From positions 1 to 50,131 of the forward strand of contig DDWL01000030.1 of NCBI GenBank assembly GCA_002345675.1: DNA of 50,131 bases, in the 5' to 3' direction. This DNA is from Bacteroidales bacterium UBA2287. GTDB taxonomy: Bacteria; Bacteroidota; Bacteroidia; Bacteroidales; Tenuifilaceae. The notes beneath the pieces are model-generated. The model saw only the letters and a list, made by a program, of their open reading frames with translations, was not told where the DNA came from and ran no database searches. Positions 35,479-44,163 of this stretch are shown piece by piece; positions within the stretch are counted from its first letter, which is position 1; the number at the start of each line of letters is the position of its first letter. The position numbers and the translations under genes are program-made.

Positions 35479-36762
35479 TTATAATACTAAATTTCTTGAA
35501 ATAACATCGGCATGGGGATTAAAATAGCCAAAGTAAACATGTGGAAACTTCTCCTTTATTCGCCTCATAACATGCTCAACCCCAAAATGTTTATCGGTTA
35601 CATTGTACTCCATACGGCTAAAGAACCAATCGGGGTCGATATTAAAATTTCGCCACTGAATCATCGACAGTTTAGTGTCGGCAATTAAAGTATTAAGCGC
35701 ATCAATTTCGGGTTCTGTATCGGTTAAGCCAGGCATAACAAAGTAGTTAATGGATGCCCAGCGACCATAACGGCGAGCAATTTTTAACGACTCAACAGCA
35801 TCGGCTCTTGTATAGTTTACAGGGCGAAAATACAGGTTGTACCACTTATCTTGAGCCGAATTCATGCTTACTCGAATGCTGTCAAGCCCTACGCGAAAAA
35901 GATCCTCAACTGCCTTGTGATTACTGCCGTTGGTGTTAAGGTTAATAATTCCCTTGTCGGTTCGTTTTCGAACTTCAACTATAACATCGCGAATAAGTTC
36001 CCACTGCATAAGCGGTTCGCCCTCGCAGCCCTGACCAAAGCTGATTATTGCATTGGGAGCGTTTTGAAGGTGTGGAACAGCAAATTCGATTATTTCGCTT
36101 ACCGAAGGAACAAAAGTTAGCCTATGTTGCGTTGGAGAAATTGGCGATTCCTTTTCGTCCTGCTTTGAAATGCAGCCAATACAGCGAGCGTTACACGATG
36201 GAGAAATTGGAACAGGAGCCTCCCACCTATCCATTACAAAATTACGAGCAGCAGGGCACAAGTAAGTAAATGCACAATTTTGAACAATATGCTCGACCAA
36301 ACGATTTTTTGGGTACTTCTTAAGGATATCCTTTCCCTTTTTAATAATAATTTTCTGATTAAAAAACTGGCAATCCTGTCTCTCGTCGGGGTCGATACGA
36401 ACTGCCGGAACATAAAACTTACCCTTATACCAGCCTACGGCTGTATAGGCATACAGCGGAAGAACAGGTGCATTTGGCTCGTTTCGCCAAGCAGCCAACG
36501 AAAGCTGAGTGTGAGCTGGCGATATAAATGCTGAAACGGCATTTCCCTGCTTACGCTCGACCAGTTCGCCTTTAGCATTATATCCCAAAGCCTTGCGACC
36601 AGGCAACTCAAACAGATCACTTCCCTCGGGGAGAGGAATCATATTATCAATGGAAAGAGGATATACGCTGGTTCCCGAGCGGCCAGCAGCAAACATTCGA
36701 GTATCCTCGAAAATATTTCCACAGCCATCGCTATACACTAAAAGAGGAGATTTATGCTTCAT
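35479..36762 (-). CDS. Radical SAM domain protein with an unassigned ~190-aa N-terminal domain
   Basis: C-x3-C-x2-C cluster 'CNARCIGC' at ~residue 195. No C-terminal SPASM-like Cys cluster. Confidence 0.7.
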   Translation of the reverse strand: MKHKSPLLVYSDGCGNIFEDTRMFAAGRSGTSVYPLSIDNMIPLPEGSDLFELPGRKALGYNAKGELVERKQGNAVSAFISPAHTQLSLAAWRNEPNAPVLPLYAYTAVGWYKGKFYVPAVRIDPDERQDCQFFNQKIIIKKGKDILKKYPKNRLVEHIVQNCAFTYLCPAARNFVMDRWEAPVPISPSCNARCIGCISKQDEKESPISPTQHRLTFVPSVSEIIEFAVPHLQNAPNAIISFGQGCEGEPLMQWELIRDVIVEVRKRTDKGIINLNTNGSNHKAVEDLFRVGLDSIRVSMNSAQDKWYNLYFRPVNYTRADAVESLKIARRYGRWASINYFVMPGLTDTEPEIDALNTLIADTKLSMIQWRNFNIDPDWFFSRMEYNVTDKHFGVEHVMRRIKEKFPHVYFGYFNPHADVISRNLVL

Positions 36763-36823
36763 TGCATGTTCGTTTTGTAAACGAACAAAAGTAGCTAAAA
36801 GAGCGGGGATGAGCTAAAATAAA

Positions 36824-37048
36824 TTAGCCAAAGTTGCACCCACAGCAACCACCACCCATTCCGCATGAAGGAGCAACCTGAGATTCTTTGCTGTGCTTTG
36901 GTGCGCTGAACTCGTTGCATTCCTCTCCATTTTTAGGACAAGGAGCAATAAGTTTACTACATGGGCCAAATGCTGGGTCAATCCACTCGACCAGCTTTCC
37001 TTCGGCCTCGAACTTTGTGTTACACGGTTTGCAGTAAAAGGTTGGCAT
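36824..37048 (-). CDS. Small Cys-rich protein with a Gly/Cys tail (function unknown)
   Basis: 'MPTFYCKPC...GPC...APCPKNGEEC...CGMGGGCCGCNFG'. The start is chosen at the internal ATG (37048) to avoid the dispersed repeat at 37077-37099. The track ORF extends to 37084. Confidence 0.4.
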   Translation of the reverse strand: MPTFYCKPCNTKFEAEGKLVEWIDPAFGPCSKLIAPCPKNGEECNEFSAPKHSKESQVAPSCGMGGGCCGCNFG

Positions 37049-37076
37049 AGTACTTTGGTTTAGCAGTAATAAAATC

Positions 37077-37099
37077 TCACGCAAAGGCGCAAAGACGCT
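37077..37099. repeat. Dispersed 19-23-bp repeat TCACGCAAAGGCGCA(A/G)AGACGC
   Basis: Copies at 37077-37099 and 46143-46166 (same orientation) and 46753-46774 (inverted). Confidence 0.5.
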
Positions 37100-37143
37100 A
37101 TATTCTAACTGTTATAAAAGAAACCTGAGTAGTTACATTTATT

Positions 37144-37572
37144 TTAACAGCTTCCGCTATCGCACGAGCAGCCGCAACCGCAGCCACCAGCGTTACCGCT
37201 ACCGTGTTTCTGCATTAATACAGGCAAACCTTCGCGGTACCACTGGGTTATGCCACCGTCGAGATTGTAAACGTTAGTAAATCCCTGAACCATGAAGAGG
37301 TTAACGATTTTAACGCTTCGTATACCATTGGCACAGGCAATTATTAAAGGTTTGTCGTTTGGCAGCTTCGAGTATGTATCGACAATTGTAGATATTGGCA
37401 TGTATTCAACCTGAGTTGAATCGAACTTAATAACATCAAGTTCTTCCTCCTCGCGAATATCGACAATAATTGCATCCTCCTTTTCAATGGCCAAAACGGC
37501 ATTTATAGGAGTTACATGTTTAATTTCGGGCAGGGTAAAAACCTGATTTTCGGCATAAAGACTGTAGTTCAT
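37144..37572 (-). CDS. Rhodanese-domain sulfurtransferase with a Gly/Cys-rich C-terminal tail
   Basis: Active-site loop 'IIACANGIRS'. C-terminus 'GSGNAGGCGCGCSCDSGSC'. Confidence 0.8.
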   Translation of the reverse strand: MNYSLYAENQVFTLPEIKHVTPINAVLAIEKEDAIIVDIREEEELDVIKFDSTQVEYMPISTIVDTYSKLPNDKPLIIACANGIRSVKIVNLFMVQGFTNVYNLDGGITQWYREGLPVLMQKHGSGNAGGCGCGCSCDSGSC

Positions 37573-37697
37573 AAATCTGTTTTAAAAAGTTGGGCAAATT
37601 TACTTATATGTAATTCAATGTCGTTTATTTAAGAATAATTATCGCAATCATGCAATACCTATTAAAAAAAAACCACAAATCCCGATAACTATCGGGA

Positions 37698-37783
37698 CAC
37701 AAAGAGAAAACAAAGAGCCACAAAGAAAAAGTCTTTATATAATCTACTTTGTGAACTTTGAGAAAAACTTCGTGCTCTTTGTG
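37698..37783. repeat. Second copy of the CACAAAG-arm MITE-like element, abutting a hairpin repeat unit (37680-37697)
   Basis: ACAAAGAGAAAACAAAGAGCCACAAAG ... CTTTGTGAACTTTGAGAAAAACTTCGTGCTCTTTGTG. Confidence 0.45.
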
Positions 37784-37902
37784 ATTAAACTTCCCTTAGA
37801 TTATAGTTAGTCTCTTTTTATTCTAACTAAAAGACATTGATTGATTGATTTATAATTACTGAAACCAGTAACGCAACCAACAATTCAATGTTCACTATTA
37901 TT

Positions 37903-38311
37903 TCATTTTTTCCTTTTTCCCCAGGTTCGCAGCTGGCACATACAGCCTCCGGTTAAGGTTTCATCGTTATCGATAAGTAAAGGGAAACCATCGCGTTCCC
38001 ATTCGCAAATACCACCAATTAGGTTGGCAACTTGGGTAAAGCCCTTGCCTTTCAGAAACGCAACAATCTCTTTGCTATGAACACCAACAGCGTCGGCAAC
38101 AATAATGGGTTTGTTAGTTGGAAGATGATGATAGAACTCTTCGATTTCGTCGTAAACGCAATGAAGACCTTCGGGCACATCGAAACGTTTGTTGTTGAAA
38201 AGCAAGTCGAGCCTAAGGTCGAGAAGAACTGCCCCTTTACGAAAAGTTCATTCGCCTCGCGAGGCGAAAGGTGAAGAATATTGTCGATTTTGAATCCAAA
38301 GCCAGAAAATA
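37903..38311 (-). pseudogene. Rhodanese-like gene interrupted by a frameshift at a C4/G4 homopolymer (38232-38235)
   Basis: The N-terminal frame '...ISPREANELFVKG' and the C-terminal frame 'AVLLDLR...VPEGLH...IIVADAVGVHSKE' join into one rhodanese fold only if a G is added in the GGGG run. Asp replaces the catalytic Cys. Confidence 0.55.
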
Positions 38312-38326
38312 AGCTTTCCATATCGT

Positions 38327-38575
38327 TTATTTTGAACCTGCCTTCTTTATCCAACCCTCAAGAGTCGATTTTGTAGGCATTTTACCCTGCACTTTAACTT
38401 CGCCATCGATAATTAGCCCTGGCGAAAGCCAAACGCCAAAATCGCTAAAGCGATTAACGTTGGTAACCTTTTCGATATTTGACTCAACGCCAAGTTCAGC
38501 AATTACTTCGCGGCAAAGTGCTTCTAACTTTATGCAGTTAGGGCATCCAGGGCCAAGTACTTTTATTTCCACCAT
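38327..38575 (-). CDS. Thioredoxin-fold small redox protein (CPxC, 'redox-active disulfide protein 2' type)
   Basis: 'KVLGPGCPNCIKLE'. 82 aa. A paralog lies at 43409-43648. Confidence 0.7.
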   Translation of the reverse strand: MVEIKVLGPGCPNCIKLEALCREVIAELGVESNIEKVTNVNRFSDFGVWLSPGLIIDGEVKVQGKMPTKSTLEGWIKKAGSK

Positions 38576-38972
38576 AGTTTTAATTAATCTGCTTGTTTAG
38601 TTGTTAATGAACTTTTGCACATTAACGCCCCGTAAGTGGAGAACCAATGCAATTCATCGTTTTTGTTAACTTCAACTTCTAATGCTGGTAAAATTACAAT
38701 TAATTATGCTTAGTTGATGTGTTTCCGTCTCCCTATTCCTATCTCTTCGAATTGGGAAACACTTGTAATGCAAACCAGCTGGAGTTTTTGGACTACTGCC
38801 ATTAATATTTTAAATACTCCCTGACTAAAAGTAGCCAAATGCACCAGTTGATTAATAGTTTATTGAAATTTAAATGTTAGTTTATAGAAAGATTTTTTGA
38901 TGAAATTTTGATGAAACAAATAAACTCCTTCAACACAAAGAAGTAAGGAGTTGTATAAAAAAGTTGCGTTAT

Positions 38973-40034
38973 TTAGTACCTATTCCTATTGGCAAACCAT
39001 ACCAGCGAAAGCATTACAGGCACTTCAACTAAAACGCCAACAACGGTAACCAAAGCAGCAGGCGACTGCAGTCCAAACAGCGCTATGGCAACCGCTACTG
39101 CTAATTCAAAAAAGTTACTGGCACCAATCATGGCAGCTGGCCCGCATATAGGGTATGACAGTTTTAATAATTTTCTCCCACCATACCAAGCAATAAAAAA
39201 GATAAAGTAGGTTTGAATTACCAATGGAACAGCGGCCAAAAGAATAATTAGCGGATTGTTTACAATGTTTTGACCCTGAAAAGCAAACAGAAAGATAAGC
39301 GTAACTAGCAGCGCAATTATACTTACTGGCTTAAGCTTGGGTAAAAAGATGTTTTTAAACCAATCTTCTCCCTTGCTTCGCAACAATAGTCTTTGGGTAA
39401 TAACCCCTGCAACTAGCGGAACAACAACAAATATAAGCACGCTATATACAAGTGTATCGTAAGGTATTTTAATATCGGTAATGCCCAAAAGCAAACCAAC
39501 AATGGGAACAAAAGCCACAAGGATAATTAGGTCGTTAACCGAAACCTGAACCAGCGTGTAGTTGGGATCGCCATCGGAAAGGTAGCTCCAAACAAATACC
39601 ATGGCGGTACAAGGAGCAGCACCAAGCAGAATAGCGCCAGCAATGTATTCGCCTGCCAAAGCAGGATCGATCCAAGCCTGATAAATCTTTGCGAAGAAAA
39701 TCCACGCAAAAAAAGCCATAGTAAACGGCTTAATTAGCCAGTTAATAACAACGGTCCAAATAACCCCTTTGGGTTTTTTCCCAACCTGCTTAATGCTAGT
39801 GAAATCGATTTGAAGCATCATGGGGTAAATCATTAGCCATATTAATACGGCAACGGGGATGTTTACCTTTGCAATTTCGAGGCTGCTTACAATAGCAATG
39901 CTGTCGCCAGCAAAGTGCCCAATTACTATTCCTATAATTATGCAAAGAGCAACCCATAGGGTTAGATACTTATCGAAAAAGCTAATATTCTTTTTCGATT
40001 TATCAGCAGCTACTACATCTCTTAACTCACTCAT
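38973..40034 (-). CDS. acr3: ACR3-family arsenite efflux transporter
   Basis: 'FFDKYLTLWVALCIIIGIVIGHF' and the overall 10-TM BART-superfamily pattern. The start is taken at 'MSELRD'. Confidence 0.85.
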   Translation of the reverse strand: MSELRDVVAADKSKKNISFFDKYLTLWVALCIIIGIVIGHFAGDSIAIVSSLEIAKVNIPVAVLIWLMIYPMMLQIDFTSIKQVGKKPKGVIWTVVINWLIKPFTMAFFAWIFFAKIYQAWIDPALAGEYIAGAILLGAAPCTAMVFVWSYLSDGDPNYTLVQVSVNDLIILVAFVPIVGLLLGITDIKIPYDTLVYSVLIFVVVPLVAGVITQRLLLRSKGEDWFKNIFLPKLKPVSIIALLVTLIFLFAFQGQNIVNNPLIILLAAVPLVIQTYFIFFIAWYGGRKLLKLSYPICGPAAMIGASNFFELAVAVAIALFGLQSPAALVTVVGVLVEVPVMLSLVWFANRNRY

Positions 40035-40065
40035 AGTATTTGTTTTAAATTTTGATATGTGGCAA

Positions 40066-40430
40066 CTAAACAGAAATTGTTTCACGATAAAACTTATAGA
40101 ATTGTTCCTTACTTAAATCCCTAACCCTTCGGAACTCGCTCAAAATAAACTCATCGGTTCCTGTTGCATGGCTTGGGTCCTCGAAGCCAATATGCAAGCG
40201 ATGTTTTACCTTTCCAAAAAATGCAGGGCAGGTTTCGTTGGCATCGTCGCAAACGGTGATAACGTAGTCCCACTCCTCGTTAATGTACTGGTCGACCATT
40301 TTGGGGTGTGGTGGCTAATGTCGATACCCACTTCGCTCATCACCTTAATGGCTTTAGGGTTTACCTGCGTAGCAGGTTTGGTTCCTAACGGGACAGTAAT
40401 TTTAAATGCGGTTACCCTACTCAATGGCAA
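40066..40430 (-). pseudogene. arsC: Arsenate reductase (LMW-PTP type) remnant: 5'-truncated and frameshifted
   Basis: The C-terminal frame 'DYVITVCDDANETCPAF...' and the middle frame 'LGTKPATQVNPKAIKVMSEVGIDISHHTPK' match the intact ArsC at 3945-4391. The P-loop CX5R region is absent (a stop lies just upstream). The frame changes at CCCCAAAA (~40300). Confidence 0.7.
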
Positions 40431-40445
40431 TGCTTATTTGTTTTG

Positions 40446-40478
40446 GCTAAAAAAGGCAGAGGATTTTGCCCCCTGCCT
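40446..40478 (-). terminator. Terminator downstream of the arsP-like gene
   Basis: On the - strand: AAAAGGCAGGGGGCAAAATCCTCTGCCTTTTTT. Confidence 0.55.
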
Positions 40479-40498
40479 TTTAAAAAATGTGTTCAATA

Positions 40499-41830
40499 CT
40501 ATATAGCTCCGTAAATCATTCCACTAATGGTTGCCATTATAATAACCAGTAAAACGTAAACTAATGTTTTCTGAGTTCCCATAACTTTTCTAATAACCAG
40601 CATATTTGGGAGAGAAAGCGACGGCCCCGCAAGAAGCAAGGCCAACGCAGGGCCTTTACCCATTCCCGACGATAGCAAACCCTGTACAATAGGCACCTCG
40701 GTTAATGTTGCGAAGTACATAAATGCGCCAACAATGGATGCGAAAAAGTTAGAGAAAACGGAGTTTCCACCTACAAGCGACGAAATCCAACTACTAGGAA
40801 TAACTCCAGGAATGCTGGTAGAATCGTGAGTTGAACCTAAAAGGAATCCTGCTACAATAACTCCCAATGCCAACAATGGCATAATTTGCTTGGCAAAATC
40901 CCAGCTGGCAATAGTCCATTCGCGGTTCTCGTCCTCCTTTTGCATGGTTATAATGCTTAAACCGGTTATTGAAACAAGCATTGGAACAAGAGGCGCTAAC
41001 GAGCCGCCAATATAAGTTGAAGCAAGAATTCCCGAAACGGCAGTAGCAACAGCGGCAGCAGCAACCAACCACCATTTTATTTTTAGTATTTTAATTAAGG
41101 AGTAAACCAAACCGAGCCCGAAAATGCTGGTTATAATCCATTTGTTGCTCCATATAAAGTACCACGCACCGCTTGTATCGTCGCTGGTGGGTTTCCCCCA
41201 GTTGGCAAATACAAGAATTAGTACAAGAATAAAGAAGTGAAACGATGTTTGCCACATTGGCCGAACCTCGGGAGGCAACTGAATATTCATTTGCTCGGCG
41301 GCTTTTACCTTTTCTTCTTTACGGTAAATTATGGCCATAATGCTTCCAATTATAATAGCAAAACTTACTGCACCTATAATACGAGCAACGCCCATCTCGA
41401 AACCAAGAATGCGAGCCGTAAGAATGATTGCCAGAATATTTATGGCAGGACCCGAGTACAAAAAAGCAACTGCTGGGCCTAAACCTGCACCACGCTTATG
41501 AATACTCGAGAAAAGGGGTAAAATTGTGCAACTGCATACAGCCAAAACTGTTCCCGAAACAGCTGCAACCGTGTAGGCAAGCCACTTTTTGGCGTTTGCG
41601 CCAAAGTACTTTAGCACCGCACCCTGACTAACAAAAACCGAAATTACTCCAGCAATAAAAAATGCTGGCAGTAGGCAAAGTATCACGTGCTCCTGTGCGT
41701 ACCACTTGGCAAGGTCGAGCGTTGCATCAACGGCTGTGCGGAATGTTGCGCTATCGACAGGCATAAAGAATGCCAAGGTGAAGAAGAAAACTATCCAGAA
41801 AAGGATTTGAAGTTCTTTTTTAATTTCCAT
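40499..41830 (-). CDS. DUF318/ArsP-like permease (two-repeat form)
   Basis: Polytopic. The Cys pair in 'AVCSCTILPLF' resembles the TPFcSCS motif of organoarsenical permease ArsP. The family is frequently paired with the CPxC small redox protein. Confidence 0.65.
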   Translation of the reverse strand: MEIKKELQILFWIVFFFTLAFFMPVDSATFRTAVDATLDLAKWYAQEHVILCLLPAFFIAGVISVFVSQGAVLKYFGANAKKWLAYTVAAVSGTVLAVCSCTILPLFSSIHKRGAGLGPAVAFLYSGPAINILAIILTARILGFEMGVARIIGAVSFAIIIGSIMAIIYRKEEKVKAAEQMNIQLPPEVRPMWQTSFHFFILVLILVFANWGKPTSDDTSGAWYFIWSNKWIITSIFGLGLVYSLIKILKIKWWLVAAAAVATAVSGILASTYIGGSLAPLVPMLVSITGLSIITMQKEDENREWTIASWDFAKQIMPLLALGVIVAGFLLGSTHDSTSIPGVIPSSWISSLVGGNSVFSNFFASIVGAFMYFATLTEVPIVQGLLSSGMGKGPALALLLAGPSLSLPNMLVIRKVMGTQKTLVYVLLVIIMATISGMIYGAI

Positions 41831-41841
41831 TATTACTTAAT

Positions 41842-42555
41842 TTATAAAAAAACCAATACTACATAGTAAACTCCTACTCCAATAAAAATAACCGCTACAG
41901 CCCTACGAAACCAAAGTTCGAAGGTTTTAATTCGGCTATAAAACGACCCAATACTCGAAACGCTAAATGCCAAAATCCAAGCAATTATTATAACTGGTAA
42001 GCCGGTTGCTATGGCAAATACAAAGGGAAGAAAGTATCCACCGGTTGACGAAACCGAAAGGGGAATTAACCCTCCAAAGAACAGCACCCCGCTGTAAGGG
42101 CAAAACGCCAAGGCGAAAACAACTCCTAAAAGTAATGCGCCCCACGAACTTCCTTTGCTTGCCTTTTCTTCGGCACGCGAAGATAGTTTTCCCGAAAAGT
42201 AGAGCTTTATCTTTATAAAGTCGAGCATAAAAAGCCCAATAATAATAAGCAGAGGGCCAACAAACATTTCGCCGTAAATGCTAATGAATCGCTGAATTTT
42301 ATAGATACTTGCTCCCTGCTTAAGAATAAGAATTAGCAGCACCCCAAGCACTGTATAGGTAATTGCCCGCCCAAGGGTATAAAGAATGCCGTTGAGAAAA
42401 ATCCTTTTCTTATTAAGAATATCCTTGCTTATAAATCCAACCGCCGAAATATTGGTTGCCAAGGGGCAAGGGCTAATGGCTGTCATTAGCCCAAGCAAAA
42501 AGGCAGTTAAAATAGGAAACTGAGAGTTATCGACAAAGTTTTGCAAAAAGTCCAT
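41842..42555 (-). CDS. CcdA/DsbD-transmembrane-like thiol-disulfide transporter
   Basis: Six TM helices with Cys in TM1 ('TAISPCPLATN') and a central 'AFCPYSGV'. Confidence 0.65.
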   Translation of the reverse strand: MDFLQNFVDNSQFPILTAFLLGLMTAISPCPLATNISAVGFISKDILNKKRIFLNGILYTLGRAITYTVLGVLLILILKQGASIYKIQRFISIYGEMFVGPLLIIIGLFMLDFIKIKLYFSGKLSSRAEEKASKGSSWGALLLGVVFALAFCPYSGVLFFGGLIPLSVSSTGGYFLPFVFAIATGLPVIIIAWILAFSVSSIGSFYSRIKTFELWFRRAVAVIFIGVGVYYVVLVFL

Positions 42556-42556
42556 G

Positions 42557-42952
42557 CTAGTTCTTTAAAACTTCGTTGATTTTAGCAACCAAATCGCGTT
42601 CAAATTCCTCTTTGTTCTGTGTACGTGAGTAATTACGAATAACTTCGGAAACGTCGGCAACAACCTCTTTCTTTTTCTTTTTGCCCACAATTACAAGGGT
42701 TTGCGATTTTGCACTATGCTTAGCAATAAGATCCTTATTTGCCTCATCGGCCAGTTTTACCTCCTTAAAAGAAACCTTGTCGGCAGTAAAATTCTTCTCA
42801 ATAACTGCTTTTACTTCGGCCTCAGCAGCATTGCACGCTTTGGCTTGGCAGCACGAAAGGTTAGCCTTAAAGTAAAGAACCTCTACTTTTTGAGCTTTAA
42901 GGGCTACTACTGAAAGCAGCACAAATGCTAAAATGGTGAAAAGTCGTTTCAT
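42557..42952 (-). CDS. Secreted CxxC protein (HMA- or thioredoxin-like; fold uncertain)
   Basis: Signal peptide. 'VLYFKANLSCCQAKAC'. Lys-rich linker. Confidence 0.45.
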   Translation of the reverse strand: MKRLFTILAFVLLSVVALKAQKVEVLYFKANLSCCQAKACNAAEAEVKAVIEKNFTADKVSFKEVKLADEANKDLIAKHSAKSQTLVIVGKKKKKEVVADVSEVIRNYSRTQNKEEFERDLVAKINEVLKN

Positions 42953-42955
42953 ATT

Positions 42956-43387
42956 CTATTTGGTTAAAAGTGTATTAACTTCATCAATAATTGCATTTTT
43001 AAGCACATCGGGGTTTCGCAATGCATTTGCAAATGCCAATTCGGTAAGATTTGTGTGCGCCTCGCCCGATACAACTACTAGGCTGCTTCCAGCAACTTCG
43101 TACTTTTCAGAAATCGCCTCGTTAGCCTTTTCGGAGAAGTCGAGTTCGAGAAATTTCACATCCTCATTTTGCGAAAAGTTTGCTGCTATAGTCTCGGCTG
43201 CCAAATTTTGAATTGCCAAGCAAGTTTTGCAGCGCTGCTTCGAGTGAAAGTAGTATACCATAACCTTAGCTTTTTCAACCGGAGCAACCTCAACGGTGCT
43301 ATCAGCCTTTTTGTCGGTCTTTTGTCCACAGCTAAAAAAGCCAATTGCCATTATACTAATGGCCAGAATAAGGGAAATTCTTTTCAT
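42956..43387 (-). CDS. CxxC lipoprotein paralogous to the upstream secreted protein
   Basis: Lipobox 'GFFSC'. 'VMVYYFHSKQRCKTC'. Confidence 0.45.
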   Translation of the reverse strand: MKRISLILAISIMAIGFFSCGQKTDKKADSTVEVAPVEKAKVMVYYFHSKQRCKTCLAIQNLAAETIAANFSQNEDVKFLELDFSEKANEAISEKYEVAGSSLVVVSGEAHTNLTELAFANALRNPDVLKNAIIDEVNTLLTK

Positions 43388-43408
43388 TAATTTTAGTTTT
43401 AAAAGTTA

Positions 43409-43648
43409 TTATTGACACTTCGAAATAATTTCTTTAAGCTCGTTAACGCTTGGTATTTTGCCCGAAAAAATAACCTTTTCGTCGATTACCAACCCTGGCA
43501 TACGCATTACACCATAGCCCATAATTGCTACGATATCATCAACTTTTGTAACATTAGCGTCGACACCAAGTTCCTGTACAGCGTTACGTGTGGACTGTTC
43601 GAGTGTTTTACACTTGGGGCAACCGGTCCCCAGAATTTTAATTTCCAT
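43409..43648 (-). CDS. Thioredoxin-fold small redox protein (CPxC)
   Basis: 'KILGTGCPKCKTLE'. 79 aa. Confidence 0.7.
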   Translation of the reverse strand: MEIKILGTGCPKCKTLEQSTRNAVQELGVDANVTKVDDIVAIMGYGVMRMPGLVIDEKVIFSGKIPSVNELKEIISKCQ

Positions 43649-43793
43649 ATCCTTTTATCAGTTTAGTTAAACATTATATGGTTAATTTTTAATGTAAAGT
43701 GATGAATGCAAAATGTAAATTGGAGTGAATAAACATTGCTGTTACCCCATAAATTTGTGTTTTACATTTAGTGTTTTACATTTTACTTTGCTT

Positions 43794-44096
43794 TTATTTA
43801 TCGCCTTCGAAGAACTCTTTCATCATTTGCCTTGCTTCCTCCCACGCATCGCGTTTTATGCAATACTTTATTTTAGGTGGATTGAATTCGCCCTGAATTA
43901 GTCCGGCATCCTTAAGTTCGCTTAAGTGCTGCGAAAGCGTGCTACGGGCAATGGGCAAATCGTCGGCAATGTCGCCGCTGTAGCAGCACGATTGCTTCGA
44001 GAGAATTTCCATTAGCTGTATTCGAACTGGATGGCTTAGCGCCTTGGCGTAACGGGCAAGCTTAATTTGCCTTTCGGTGTACTTTGGTTTAATCAT
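43794..44096 (-). CDS. arsR: ArsR/SmtB family repressor
   Basis: 'LSHPVRIQLMEILSKQSCCYSGDIADDLPIARSTLSQHLSELKDAGLI'. The start is at 'MIKPKYTE'. The upstream part of the track ORF covers the operator repeats. Confidence 0.8.
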   Translation of the reverse strand: MIKPKYTERQIKLARYAKALSHPVRIQLMEILSKQSCCYSGDIADDLPIARSTLSQHLSELKDAGLIQGEFNPPKIKYCIKRDAWEEARQMMKEFFEGDK

Positions 44097-44115
44097 ACAT
44101 AGGTTGCAATAAAAA

Positions 44116-44163
44116 CATTTCGCAAATATACGAAATGTTTTTATTTCGCAAAAATACGAAATG
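44116..44163. promoter_or_regulatory. Tandem operator-like dyads upstream of the second arsR
   Basis: CATTTCGCAAATATACGAAATG (44116-44137) and ATTTCGCAAAAATACGAAATG (44143-44163), each TTTCG-N9/10-CGAAA. Additional TTTTACATTT(T) motifs lie at 43758-43784 and 44176-44190. Confidence 0.45.

Noticed and set aside
36824-37084. Longer start for the small Cys-rich protein
   Set aside because: The first 12 codons overlap a dispersed intergenic repeat copy (37077-37099). The internal ATG at 37048 is preferred, though unverified.
40168-40506. 112-aa + strand ORF, and other small antisense or embedded ORFs (e.g. 303-698, 8182-8490, 28494-28715, 38032-38274)
   Set aside because: They lie antisense to, or inside, well-supported genes or pseudogenes and have no recognisable motifs. 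They are typical spurious six-frame ORFs.
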